A DNA stretch of 64,000 nt, taken from Promethearchaeota archaeon. Lineage in GTDB: Archaea > Asgardarchaeota > Lokiarchaeia > Sigyniarchaeales > SOKP01. The stretch is taken from the NCBI GenBank assembly GCA_048940645.1, contig JBHLOI010000007.1, positions 1-64,000 of the forward strand, in the 5' to 3' direction. Both the position numbers and the translations under genes were made by a program. The notes below the pieces were generated by a model. The model saw only the letters and a list, made by a program, of their open reading frames with translations, ran no database searches and was not told the DNA's origin. The first letter of the stretch is position 1; each line of letters opens with the position of its first letter. Positions 49,160 through 58,826 of this stretch are shown piece by piece.

Positions 49160-50773
49160 TCATTCCATGTTATTCAATTTTTTAAGACCTATTAAAAGTA
49201 ATGGAATAGCGAATAAAGTGCCAAAAATTATTAAAGGAAGGCTAAAAACCACTTTTATTAATTCTGGTGGAGGATTTAAATTCCCTAATAATTGAAATCC
49301 TAAGAAAAGGCTTCCAAAGATCGTTACCATGTTAATAATAACTAAAATCCCTATAGTAAGTTGCATATCACCCCCTTTTTCTTCAAATGCAGGGTTAATA
49401 CACTGAAGTCCTATAGCTTGAGATACAGTTATTAAGCTATATATGATAAGAAACAGAAAAAAGAAAATTATAGTAAAGATATCATATTGAAAAAATAAAC
49501 TAAAAAAAATTGTCAAGCCAATTCCTATAAAGAAGATTATAATAAAAATCATTTGCAGATATGAAAAGATTAACGCTTTAATATTTCTGGGGGATTTCTT
49601 GTATACCCATATTAGTTCTTTTGAACCAACAAAAATATAATTCCCTAAAAATAAACTAAATAGCATACCAGCAATCATCACACTCATCATCATATACAAG
49701 CTGATGTCTTGATTATCTAAATTTGGATAATCTCCTCCTAAAAAGGCAAAAATAACTCCTTCAAATAGAGTTAATCCTATTGTATATACAATTTTCATTA
49801 GGTTTTCTCTTTTTCTAAAAAATTCTTTTAATTGAGTTATAATTAGACCTTTCCATTTTACTCCTGTAATTTTTTTTATAAATGTATAGAACTTATTTTC
49901 TTTTTCAATAGTAGTGGTAACTTTTTCAATGCTAGTTTCTAGAGAGAAAAAAATATGAGCCTTTTTGAAACTTATATAGAGAATAATAAGAGGAATAAAT
50001 ACAGCAAGAGAAATACTTGCCCAGATATTAAGAATATACGAGCTTATTAATATTGGTTGAATAGTGTATAATATAATATTTGAAAACCATAAAGAAGGGT
50101 AAAAACTTAAATAATTTTTAATTTGGGGATTAGATTTTATATAATTAAACAAGTATGTAAATGTATACATAATTACTACCATTGCAATAGCTAAAAGAAA
50201 TAGAATTAATTTACCTAAATCACGTGCTTTTTCACTTCTTACTATTTTATGTTCGAGCCAAGAGACTAAAATAGATCCTAATAAAGCAGCAAAAATAACA
50301 TGTCCAATAACACATGAATAAATAACAACATAATGAAGAATGTTTAAATCGATAATAGGGTTTATTAAACCAGTTATAACTGGCGCCAATGCCAAAATAA
50401 ATATTAGATATATTGGTATCTTTCCTAAAAATTCTCCAATAAAAATATCACCTGGTTTAGCTGGTGATGCTAATACCATTTCTTTATAGCCAACTTCCGT
50501 CTTTCGATAAATATTTTGCATTGGATACATTATAATTATCAGGAATAGCATCATTAGTATAAATTCTATAAGATATCCAACAATCGTTATAATAGTACTT
50601 GGGAAACTTGTGGCTAACGTAGGCATGAATAAGTCAAAAATTAAAGGCGCAATAAAAAACGCCCATATACAGAGTATCGTATAAATAACCATAAATAACA
50701 AAAATCTATGGTTACGAAAACTACTTGTTTTCCTTCTTAATTCTGTTTTAGCAATCGCTTTCCAAGCTCTCAT
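49160..50773 (-). CDS. ABC-2-type exporter permease (duplicated, ~12 TM)
   Basis: AIAKTELRR / QLKEFFRKR internal duplication; 1 nt from the ATPase stop. Confidence 0.8.
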   Translation of the reverse strand: MRAWKAIAKTELRRKTSSFRNHRFLLFMVIYTILCIWAFFIAPLIFDLFMPTLATSFPSTIITIVGYLIEFILMMLFLIIIMYPMQNIYRKTEVGYKEMVLASPAKPGDIFIGEFLGKIPIYLIFILALAPVITGLINPIIDLNILHYVVIYSCVIGHVIFAALLGSILVSWLEHKIVRSEKARDLGKLILFLLAIAMVVIMYTFTYLFNYIKSNPQIKNYLSFYPSLWFSNIILYTIQPILISSYILNIWASISLAVFIPLIILYISFKKAHIFFSLETSIEKVTTTIEKENKFYTFIKKITGVKWKGLIITQLKEFFRKRENLMKIVYTIGLTLFEGVIFAFLGGDYPNLDNQDISLYMMMSVMIAGMLFSLFLGNYIFVGSKELIWVYKKSPRNIKALIFSYLQMIFIIIFFIGIGLTIFFSLFFQYDIFTIIFFFLFLIIYSLITVSQAIGLQCINPAFEEKGGDMQLTIGILVIINMVTIFGSLFLGFQLLGNLNPPPELIKVVFSLPLIIFGTLFAIPLLLIGLKKLNNME

Positions 50774-50774
50774 T

Positions 50775-51608
50775 TTATTTCTTTTTTCTACCTTTCCTTC
50801 TTTTTTTCTCTTTAGTTTTTTCGGGTAATTCTTCTCTCCAAGCTAATAAGTCCTCAATTTTAGTAACACCCATTATTTTTAGATAAGCATCTTCCAAATC
50901 TTTAGCATCAACAGAATCAATAATTTTTCGTGGTGTTCCCTCCACTTTCAAAGAACCCTTATCAATAATACCGATTAAGTCACACAATTCTTCAGCTGTA
51001 TCTAAGAGATGAGTACAAATAAAAATAGTCTTATCTGCTTTCTTAGTTAATTCAAAAATCAGGTCTTTCACCATTCTAGTAGCAGCAGGATCTAAATTAG
51101 AAGTTGGTTCATCTAAGAAAATTATTTTAGGATCTTGTATCAATGCAGCACATAAACAAACTTTTTGTTTCATGCCTCTTGAAAAACCTTCTAGAAGATC
51201 ATTTTCTCTCCCCTCTAAGTTAAAAATCTCTAGTAATTCATCTATACGAGTAATTATTACTTCTTTTGGTAAATAATATAATTCACCTATAAACTCTAAA
51301 AATTCTCGAGGGGTTAATTTTTGATATAAACCAGGAGATTCAGGAAGAAATCCACAAATTTTTTTCACCTCTTTACTTTGGGTAAGTATATCATAGCCAC
51401 CAACTAAAGCTGTGCCAGAAGTAGGTGAAATAATAGAATTTAACATACGAACTGTCGTAGTCTTTCCAGCTCCATTAGGTCCTAAGAGAGCATAAGTTTT
51501 ACCGTAAGCAATCTCTATATTTAAATTATTTACCGCGAATATTTTACCAAAATGTTTAGTCAAACCTTTTGTTCTAATAGCAATATTATCTATCGTTAAT
51601 TCACCCAT
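50775..51608 (-). CDS. ABC transporter ATP-binding protein (CcmA/DrrA-like)
   Basis: GPNGAGKTT, FSRGMKQK, FLDEPTSNLD, TH. Confidence 0.94.
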   Translation of the reverse strand: MGELTIDNIAIRTKGLTKHFGKIFAVNNLNIEIAYGKTYALLGPNGAGKTTTVRMLNSIISPTSGTALVGGYDILTQSKEVKKICGFLPESPGLYQKLTPREFLEFIGELYYLPKEVIITRIDELLEIFNLEGRENDLLEGFSRGMKQKVCLCAALIQDPKIIFLDEPTSNLDPAATRMVKDLIFELTKKADKTIFICTHLLDTAEELCDLIGIIDKGSLKVEGTPRKIIDSVDAKDLEDAYLKIMGVTKIEDLLAWREELPEKTKEKKRRKGRKKK

Positions 51609-51673
51609 TTAATCATTCAAGAATAAAAAGAAAAGATGCTTTTTAATGTTTCATAAATTCTCTTAATTATTAG

Positions 51674-52120
51674 TTAAATATCAGCATCAATAAAAAGATC
51701 ATCAAATTTATATCCCAAAAATTTAGCTAATTCTTCTAAAAATTCTTTACTAAAACTTTTTGATAATTCCTTCTCATCTATTTCTCCTATTTGAAATAAT
51801 GTGTTATGATCAATACCCTGAGCATTAACAAAATCCTCTACTTCTTTGTAGGGCTTCTTATATTTAATCTCTTTTAGTTGATCTTTTATTATAGGTTCTT
51901 GATAAAAGATTTCATTTAAAGGTTTGTCTAGAACTTCGGCAATCTTAAAAGAAATTGTGAGAGATGGATTATATTTTCCTTTTTCTAAGAAGTAGATCGT
52001 TTGGCGAGAAACCCCGATACTATCTGCTAAATCTTGTTGACTTAGACATAATTTATTTCTAATTTCCTTGATCCTTGTCTTTATCTTCGTTCTAAATTTC
52101 ACAGATTTCTCACCAATCAA
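51674..52120 (-). CDS. Xre/HTH_3 transcriptional regulator (likely GTG start ~52102)
   Basis: IKEIR..LSQQDLADSIGVSRQTIYFLEKGKYNPSL; a second degenerate HTH-like region at the C-terminus. Confidence 0.88.
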   Translation of the reverse strand: MIGEKSVKFRTKIKTRIKEIRNKLCLSQQDLADSIGVSRQTIYFLEKGKYNPSLTISFKIAEVLDKPLNEIFYQEPIIKDQLKEIKYKKPYKEVEDFVNAQGIDHNTLFQIGEIDEKELSKSFSKEFLEELAKFLGYKFDDLFIDADI

Positions 52121-52170
52121 TCAAATAGCAAATCAACTAATTTTTTAATTTATAAAAAACAAATTTGTTT

Positions 52171-52995
52171 TCATGCTAGCTCAAATAAATCCTCTATTTT
52201 ACAATTTAGAACCTCAGCAATTTTGGAAGCCAATAGTAGACTTGGATTATACTTTCCTTCTTCTAAATAGTTTATTGTTTCTATAGGAACTCCTACCTTC
52301 TCTGCTAACATCATAGCAGTTAATTTTGCTTTTTCTCTTAGTTGTTTTATTGAAGTCTTTAACCTCTCTCCCTCTCGCATTTTAGAAAGAATATAGCTAA
52401 TGAAGTTATCAAATGCCAATTGTTCAGGTCTAAAAATTTTATCCTCTAAACCGCTCGGGGTTGTAGAAATTTTTGCGATTATTTCCTTAATCTTATTTTC
52501 AATTATATGGGGGTCCTTTAAACCTGGAATGTATCCTTCAGGACCTATTCCTTTACGTGTCGTGCCTGAACTAACAGCACTATGACCAGCGGTTTCAATC
52601 TTTATTGTAAAGGTCTTAAACATCCTATCAAATATTCCAGTAGTTATATTGATGTTTTGGATTCTTTTATAAGGAATTGTAGCCCTCGTTCTTGTAAATA
52701 CTCCATGGTTAATCACAATGCTGTCTTTTTGCACCTTATATGTAAAATTTCGAACATAAGCCGAAAAATATAAGGCAGACGTTAGTGTTATAATTACATA
52801 TGGAGCTATTGTGGATGCAAGAATTAAAATTAGAAATAATTCAAAAGTGAAATCAGGATTAAAAAAATAAACAAAGTAATATGTAATTGATAAAATCGCA
52901 GCATAGAATAGAAGAATTAAGTTATTTTTTAATACTTCTTTCTTTACGTAATCACGTGAAATTGTGCCTATATAGATGAATTCTTCCTCGTTCAT
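52171..52995 (-). CDS. Membrane bPH_2 (YdbS-like) domain fused to C-terminal Xre HTH
   Basis: Two TM; HGVFTRTRATIPYKRIQNINITTGIFDRMF..IKIETAG; LAEKVGVPIETINYLEEGKYNPSL. Confidence 0.85.
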   Translation of the reverse strand: MNEEEFIYIGTISRDYVKKEVLKNNLILLFYAAILSITYYFVYFFNPDFTFELFLILILASTIAPYVIITLTSALYFSAYVRNFTYKVQKDSIVINHGVFTRTRATIPYKRIQNINITTGIFDRMFKTFTIKIETAGHSAVSSGTTRKGIGPEGYIPGLKDPHIIENKIKEIIAKISTTPSGLEDKIFRPEQLAFDNFISYILSKMREGERLKTSIKQLREKAKLTAMMLAEKVGVPIETINYLEEGKYNPSLLLASKIAEVLNCKIEDLFELA

Positions 52996-53022
52996 GATAT
53001 TCCCTCCCTATTTTTTATATTT

Positions 53023-53045
53023 AATTTACTAGTCATTTTATTTAA
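53023..53045 (-). promoter_or_regulatory. TATA-like TTAAATA plus operator-like ATGACTAGTAAATT (leftward promoter)
   Basis: Exact inverted copy of 53211-53224 with the same 2-nt spacing from TTAAATA. Confidence 0.65.
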
Positions 53046-53201
53046 TTATTAATAGTAATATAGAAATATATATTTTTCTAAATCTTATACTCAACACTCT
53101 TATGATTTATTGAGTAATTATAGACTTTAAATAAAAAATGCTAAATAATTTTAACTTACATTTATAGAAATAGAAAAATCTTTTTTAAATTATAGAAAAA
53201 T

Positions 53202-53224
53202 TTAAATATGATGACTAGTAAATT
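53202..53224 (+). promoter_or_regulatory. TATA-like TTAAATA plus operator-like ATGACTAGTAAATT (rightward promoter)
   Basis: TTAAATA-tg-ATGACTAGTAAATT; a weaker third site (11/14) at 53243-53256. Confidence 0.65.
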
Positions 53225-53295
53225 TAACATGGGTATAATAAAAAATCATTAGTCATACCTAAAGAAATGTAATAATAACCCTTTAAAAGTAGGAT

Positions 53296-53538
53296 GTGAT
53301 TAAAAGAATGTTGGAAAATGAATCCGAAATAATAGAACGGATTTATCGGATCAACATACTAGAGGAAGATGACATAATCCTTTTAAAGAAAAAAAGGAAA
53401 TTGAGGGAAGTTATTGAAAATATAAATATAAGTGATCATCTCTCTGCTAAAGCAAAACAATACATCATATTAGGACTTGAATCATTTATTATCGCTGCCC
53501 ATATTGCGTTTTTTGTCCTTAGAATATTTAATTTTTAA
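53296..53538 (+). CDS. Small C-terminally anchored membrane protein
   Basis: ORF track; acidic N-terminus, basic KKKRK, C-terminal TM. Confidence 0.6.
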   Translation: MIKRMLENESEIIERIYRINILEEDDIILLKKKRKLREVIENINISDHLSAKAKQYIILGLESFIIAAHIAFFVLRIFNF

Positions 53539-53553
53539 AGTGGTGTTTAAAAG

Positions 53554-53700
53554 GTGGAAGAAGAAATAGGGGAACAACAAGATTTAATTTTCTTAAAGAA
53601 ACACAGGCGGATTAAAAAGATTTTAATAATAATTGTTAAGATCCTCTTACTTTTTTTCTTCCCGATAATCGTAGCTCTTTTAGACCATTTTATATTTTGA
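53554..53700 (+). CDS. 48-aa membrane microprotein, apparent paralog of the preceding gene
   Basis: Not in track: MEEEIGEQQDLIFLKKHRRIKKILIIIVKILLLFFFPIIVALLDHFIF; GGTG SD upstream of the GTG. Confidence 0.62.
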   Translation: MEEEIGEQQDLIFLKKHRRIKKILIIIVKILLLFFFPIIVALLDHFIF

Positions 53701-53817
53701 AGATTAGCTATTTTTTAAAGATTATTAAACATTGGTCTAATCTAGTTTAAAATAAAATAAATAATCTGATTAATTAACAATCTTACCAATCAAAAAAATA
53801 TTAATTGTGTAAAAAAA

Positions 53818-54384
53818 ATGTCTATAGAAAGAAAAGATCGGTATTATTCAAAAGAAAAATATGAAAGCACTTACACATCTTTTTTCTGTGGTGGAGCCTT
53901 TTTATTTGTAGCAATTTTATCATTGGTCCTTTTATCAACCAATAATAATTTCTTAGGACTTTCTGGCTGGGGATATTGGATGTTTATTCCCGCGTTCTTC
54001 ATAATATTTTTTGGTGGATTTCAACAAATTTATACAAATATGAAGTTCAAAAACGCAGTTAAAAATGCAATCGCAGATCACGGAGTTCAAGGATCAGTCA
54101 AGCTTGAGGACCTCGCACTTCAGGTTGGGATAAAGCCACGCGACGTATTAAGGGTTCTTGTTGATTTAAGAGCAAAAGGATTGATCGCTTATAAATTTAA
54201 TCAAGAGACAGGAGAAATTATTCTAGGAGAAAAAGTGCAATATACTCCTCATGAAAGCTATGTGGCTCCACCAAAGCAACTTCAAGAACCTTTGTCCACA
54301 GTAGGTAAAAATTTTTGTGTTTACTGTGGCCAAAAATTACGTGAAGGAGCTCGATATTGTGAGAATTGTGGATCAGAATTATAG
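53818..54384 (+). CDS. Two-TM protein with winged-helix-like region and C-terminal zinc ribbon
   Basis: Two TMs; LEDLALQVGIKPRDVLRVLVDLRAKGLI; CVYCG..CENCG. Confidence 0.78.
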   Translation: MSIERKDRYYSKEKYESTYTSFFCGGAFLFVAILSLVLLSTNNNFLGLSGWGYWMFIPAFFIIFFGGFQQIYTNMKFKNAVKNAIADHGVQGSVKLEDLALQVGIKPRDVLRVLVDLRAKGLIAYKFNQETGEIILGEKVQYTPHESYVAPPKQLQEPLSTVGKNFCVYCGQKLREGARYCENCGSEL

Positions 54385-54505
54385 ACTAAAAGTAGTTTAT
54401 TAAACTTCAATAATCAAAATTTTTCTTTTTTCTTATTTTTAAATTTATTTATAAAAAGTTAAAATTTAACAAACTATTAGATAATTTTAATGAAATCTAT
54501 TTTTA

Positions 54506-55327
54506 TTGAAGAGAGATAAATGTATGAAAGAGATTGATAAATTAATAATTACAGTAACAACAGCGAATTCTTGGATTTATCCTGACTTAAAAAATTGGGC
54601 ACAAACAACTGATGAATTAATAGATGATGTACTGAAATGTTACGAAGCTGGAGCTGCTATTGCACATATTCATTTACCTAGAGGAGAAGAAATTGAAACT
54701 GTGGAAAGAATAAGAGAGCAATGTGATATTATAATACAAGCAGGAATGTCAAGTTATCCAATTGAAGATAGAGCCCCAGATTTTCAAGCAAGACCAGATA
54801 TGCTCTCTGTTATTTCCAATCATCATGCTGAACACTTTCCAGAAGCAAATGTAGATGTTATCCATGATATTGATGAGTTGGAGCAGTATTGCATCTCATG
54901 TAAGAAATTTAACATAAAAATAGAATGGGAAGTTTGGCATACAGGGTCATATTGGAATCTGAATTATTTAATCAAAAAAGGATTATTAGACTCTCCGTAT
55001 GTGTTGACTCTCTTTTTTAATTGGCCTGGAGGGACATGGTCTCCACCGACTGCAGATGAATATTTACACAGAGTTAAATATATGCCGTCTAATAGTGTGT
55101 ATACAATTAGCGTTATGGGAAAGGAACAAACAAAGATTGCTACTTTAGCAATCACATATGGAGGCCATGTTCGAGTAGGTACCGAAGATTATCCTTACAT
55201 AAATAAGGGAATACCTGCTAAAGATAATGCAGAATTGGTCTCTCGTATGATTAAAATTGGCGAAGAAAGGGGACGTAAAGCTTCAGATCCATCTGAAGCA
55301 AGAAAGATTTTAGGAATAACTAATTAA
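54506..55327 (+). CDS. Beta-keto acid cleavage enzyme (BKACE/Kce family)
   Basis: AGAAIAHIH, PDMLS, GGHVRVGTED, NAELV, EARKILG. Confidence 0.9.
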   Translation: MKRDKCMKEIDKLIITVTTANSWIYPDLKNWAQTTDELIDDVLKCYEAGAAIAHIHLPRGEEIETVERIREQCDIIIQAGMSSYPIEDRAPDFQARPDMLSVISNHHAEHFPEANVDVIHDIDELEQYCISCKKFNIKIEWEVWHTGSYWNLNYLIKKGLLDSPYVLTLFFNWPGGTWSPPTADEYLHRVKYMPSNSVYTISVMGKEQTKIATLAITYGGHVRVGTEDYPYINKGIPAKDNAELVSRMIKIGEERGRKASDPSEARKILGITN

Positions 55328-55365
55328 CTGTGTAATTCGAAACAAGAAAAAGTTTTTAAAAAATG

Positions 55366-56142
55366 CTATCTTGTTGTCCAACCACCATCTAACCTTAAAT
55401 CTGCTCCTGTCATATAAGAAGATTCTTTACTAGCTAAAAATAAAATTCCAGTAGCTATTTCTTCTGGTTTTGCCCAACGTCCCATAACCCCTTCTTCTTC
55501 GAATTCATTTTTAACTTCCTCATAAGAAACGCCCCTGTCTTTAGCTTGTTTAGCAACATCACTTTGCAACATTGGTGTATCTGTTGCACCAGGACTTACA
55601 CTATTAACTCTCACATTATAAGGTGCTAAATCTAAAGCTAAAGCTCTTGTATATCCTAGCACTCCTGCTTTTGTTGAACAGTAATTAGCATGGGCTACTT
55701 GCCCAATATGAGCTGCCACTGAAGCTAAAGTAATAATAGAACCCGATCTCTGCTTTTTAAAGTACGGTACAGCATATTTACAAGTATAATGAGTTCCTTT
55801 GAGATTCACATCAATTAACAGATCATAATCTTCATCTGGAAAGTCCTCAATAGGACCTACTCGTACTACTCCAGCATTAACGATTAATACATCTATTCGA
55901 CCATGCATTTCTATTGTTTTATCAATCATTTTTTTTACATCTTCTGGTTTTCTTACATCCACCTTCATAATTGTGATTCTTTCTTGTGCTTCACCTAAAG
56001 CTTCATTTGTTTTTTTAAGACCATCTTCATCAATATCCGATAAAACTTGAATTGCTCCTTCTTTTGCAAATAATTCAGCTGTGGCGCGTCCAATTCCAGA
56101 AGCTGCACCTGTCAACACTACTATTTTATCTTTTACTCTCAT
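55366..56142 (-). CDS. Short-chain dehydrogenase/reductase
   Basis: TGAASGIG, VNAG, YCSTK, PG..DT. Confidence 0.93.
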   Translation of the reverse strand: MRVKDKIVVLTGAASGIGRATAELFAKEGAIQVLSDIDEDGLKKTNEALGEAQERITIMKVDVRKPEDVKKMIDKTIEMHGRIDVLIVNAGVVRVGPIEDFPDEDYDLLIDVNLKGTHYTCKYAVPYFKKQRSGSIITLASVAAHIGQVAHANYCSTKAGVLGYTRALALDLAPYNVRVNSVSPGATDTPMLQSDVAKQAKDRGVSYEEVKNEFEEEGVMGRWAKPEEIATGILFLASKESSYMTGADLRLDGGWTTR

Positions 56143-56155
56143 AAATTTTACACCA

Positions 56156-57289
56156 TCATTTTATTACAATTTCTTTATTAAGGCTTGAAAGCCTTTCAGT
56201 GCCGTTATCTGTAATTCGGTAACAATCTTCTATGCCCACTAATCCTTGACCTCTTACGTTAAGCCAAACTTCTAGATCAAGCACCATATTTTTCTCAAAT
56301 AAAATGTCCATAGCACCTGTAGGACCAAATAAATGTGCTTCTTCACATTCTACTCCAATACTATGTCCAGTAATTAAATAAAAACCTCTCTTTGTGAGGG
56401 ATTTCAAGAAGTCCTGAGCTTCTCCTCGAAAATCTTTAGCATTAACTCCGGGATTGATATTTTCAGCACAATAGTCTTGAACTTGTATCATATATTCAAT
56501 TGCTTCTTTAGCTTTTTTAGGAATCTCTCCGATAACAACTCCTCTACTTACATCTGAGATATAACCTCCCCAAACTGCACCAAAATCAAAACGTACAATA
56601 TCATTTGCTGTTACTGGGATTCCTAAACCAGGAGCTTCTGGATCTGATGAGCCTATATTCATCGTAAGATGATCCCAACCCCAAGCACCTTCATTCACAA
56701 TTGTCCTTCTCGCAATTTGTAATAGTTCAGTATCTAGCACATTTAATTCAGTTGCTTCAATACAAGCTTGAATTGCCTTTTCAGCAACTTCAGTAGATTT
56801 TTTAATTCGCCTAACCTCCTCTTCTGTTTTAATTAATCTCATATCAATAAATGCTTTATCACCATTTACAAATTTAGCATTGGGAAATTTCTTTTGTAGA
56901 GCCTCAGATTGATATCGAGGCATAAAAGACTCAAGTGCTATAGTTTTATTTCCTAATTCCCATTCATCAACTTTTTTTAATAGTAACTTCACTGCAGCAT
57001 CCACAGATCCAATTCTTATCACCTCACTTGGATCAAGCCAAGAATATTCTTCTATACTATCATATAAAGACCAAACTAATGCACTTTCCTCTCCATCCCT
57101 TCTAACCATTGATAGAAATGGGTATTGATTTGATAATACATATAGGATAGGATTTGGAGCAACGTGAGTTACTGGTAATCCAGTTGTATAAAATACGTTT
57201 ACTGGTGTAGAAGCAATTAAAAGATCAATATCATGCTTATTTAGAACTTGTTTTGTCCTATTTTTACTATAACCTATTGGACCAACCAT
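56156..57289 (-). CDS. M24-family (Xaa-Pro peptidase/creatinase-like) hydrolase
   Basis: Creatinase-type N domain; RLIKTEEE; DFG..GYISD, GHSIG, DLE, GIED metal ligands. Confidence 0.88.
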   Translation of the reverse strand: MVGPIGYSKNRTKQVLNKHDIDLLIASTPVNVFYTTGLPVTHVAPNPILYVLSNQYPFLSMVRRDGEESALVWSLYDSIEEYSWLDPSEVIRIGSVDAAVKLLLKKVDEWELGNKTIALESFMPRYQSEALQKKFPNAKFVNGDKAFIDMRLIKTEEEVRRIKKSTEVAEKAIQACIEATELNVLDTELLQIARRTIVNEGAWGWDHLTMNIGSSDPEAPGLGIPVTANDIVRFDFGAVWGGYISDVSRGVVIGEIPKKAKEAIEYMIQVQDYCAENINPGVNAKDFRGEAQDFLKSLTKRGFYLITGHSIGVECEEAHLFGPTGAMDILFEKNMVLDLEVWLNVRGQGLVGIEDCYRITDNGTERLSSLNKEIVIK

Positions 57290-57430
57290 TGAAACTTACT
57301 GATTTTTAGTTTATAATCATTAAAATATAATTTGAGTTAAAAACTTTTAATAAAATATTCCTATGGTTATAGTGTAAAAACCAAGAGATTAAGGGCAAAT
57401 CTTTAAAAATTTTAATTTAATTTCTTAATT

Positions 57431-57610
57431 ATGGATTTTGTGAAATATGGAATAATTGGCTCTGGTTCAGTTTGGCGTTTTCATAGAATTGGAAGCAAAA
57501 CTAATCCAAAAATTAAATTTAGAGATGGGATTAGAGATATATTATTACTTAAAATAATGGTTTATGAATTAAAAAAAAAAAGGGGTAGCAGTAATTATGA
57601 ATCAAGTTAA
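57431..57610 (+). pseudogene. 5' remnant of a Gfo/Idh/MocA paralog
   Basis: MDFVKYGIIGSGSVWRFHRIGSKTNPKIKF mirrors MNQVKFGLVGAGVVYIYHERAIRNNSKIKF of the next gene, then degenerates (59-aa ORF). Confidence 0.7.
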
Positions 57611-58721
57611 ATTCGGCTTAGTTGGCGCGGGAGTTGTTTACATTTACCATGAAAGAGCTATAAGAAATAATTCTAAGATAAAATTTTCTTCTATATATGA
57701 TATAAATTTGAAGGGAGCAAGGAGGACTGCTAAAAAGAAAGGTATGGACTACTATAAGAATTATGATGAGCTTCTAAACAGTGACATCGATGCTGTTTTA
57801 ATAATGACGCCTCATTATTTACATATTGAGCACGTTGTTGCTGCTGCTGAGGCTCAAAAGCACATTTTATGTGAAAAACCTATGGCAACAACTCTCGAGG
57901 GCTGTGATGAGATGATAAAAGCAACTAAAAAAGCTGGTGTCAAATTTATGATTGCAGAAAATCATAGATTTTTACCTGCACATGAATATATAATGAAGAC
58001 AGTACAATCTGGTCTAATTGGAAGACCCTTTCTGATTCGCTCATATGAAGGTGTCAATGAGATAGAAGGTCTTATGAAAGAAGGCTTTTGGAAAGGACAT
58101 CCAATTTTAGCTGGAGGTGGAGCATTAATTGATATGGGAGCTCATAAATTTGCTACCCTCAATTGGATTTTAGATGATGAAATAGAATCTACATATAGTT
58201 ATCTCTCTAAACAATGTACAAATTTAGAAGAAAAGGCTGAAGATAATGCTATTACGATATTTAAATATAAAAATGGAACTATCGCAGAAACAGCGGTAAG
58301 TTTTACAGTTGTTTCGCCATTAACGAACAGTTTAGAGATATATGGAACTCAAGGCAGTATTATAGAGAATCATGCTTGGCAAAATCCTATTAAGATTTTT
58401 TCAAAGCATCCAGATTTGGGAAAGTATAAAGGAAAATGGTATGAACCGAAAATTGAACATGGACCGTATCCTAAATATTATGAGATTTCTATGAGAAATG
58501 AAGATTTGCATTTTTCTGATTGCATTATAAATGATACTGAACCTGAATTTACTCCTGAGCAAGCTAAAGAAGCTATTTTTGATGTGTTAATGTCATATCT
58601 ATCAGCAAAGAATGGAAAAATGGCAACTCGTAAAGACTTAAATGACATATACGAGACAATTGGTACACATACAATTTTAGAAGGATTAGAAAAAACTGTC
58701 CATAATAATTATTGTATTTAA
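57597..58721 (+). CDS. Gfo/Idh/MocA family oxidoreductase
   Basis: GLVGAG, TPH..H, CEKPMA, GGGALIDMGAH. Confidence 0.93.
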   Translation: MNQVKFGLVGAGVVYIYHERAIRNNSKIKFSSIYDINLKGARRTAKKKGMDYYKNYDELLNSDIDAVLIMTPHYLHIEHVVAAAEAQKHILCEKPMATTLEGCDEMIKATKKAGVKFMIAENHRFLPAHEYIMKTVQSGLIGRPFLIRSYEGVNEIEGLMKEGFWKGHPILAGGGALIDMGAHKFATLNWILDDEIESTYSYLSKQCTNLEEKAEDNAITIFKYKNGTIAETAVSFTVVSPLTNSLEIYGTQGSIIENHAWQNPIKIFSKHPDLGKYKGKWYEPKIEHGPYPKYYEISMRNEDLHFSDCIINDTEPEFTPEQAKEAIFDVLMSYLSAKNGKMATRKDLNDIYETIGTHTILEGLEKTVHNNYCI

Positions 58722-58826
58722 TAATTATCACATAAGCTTATTCTACTAAACTTACCGGCTCTTCTTTTTTAAATACCACTTTTATCATATTTTCATTAAT
58801 TTGAAAATTCCCCGAGATGAATATTC

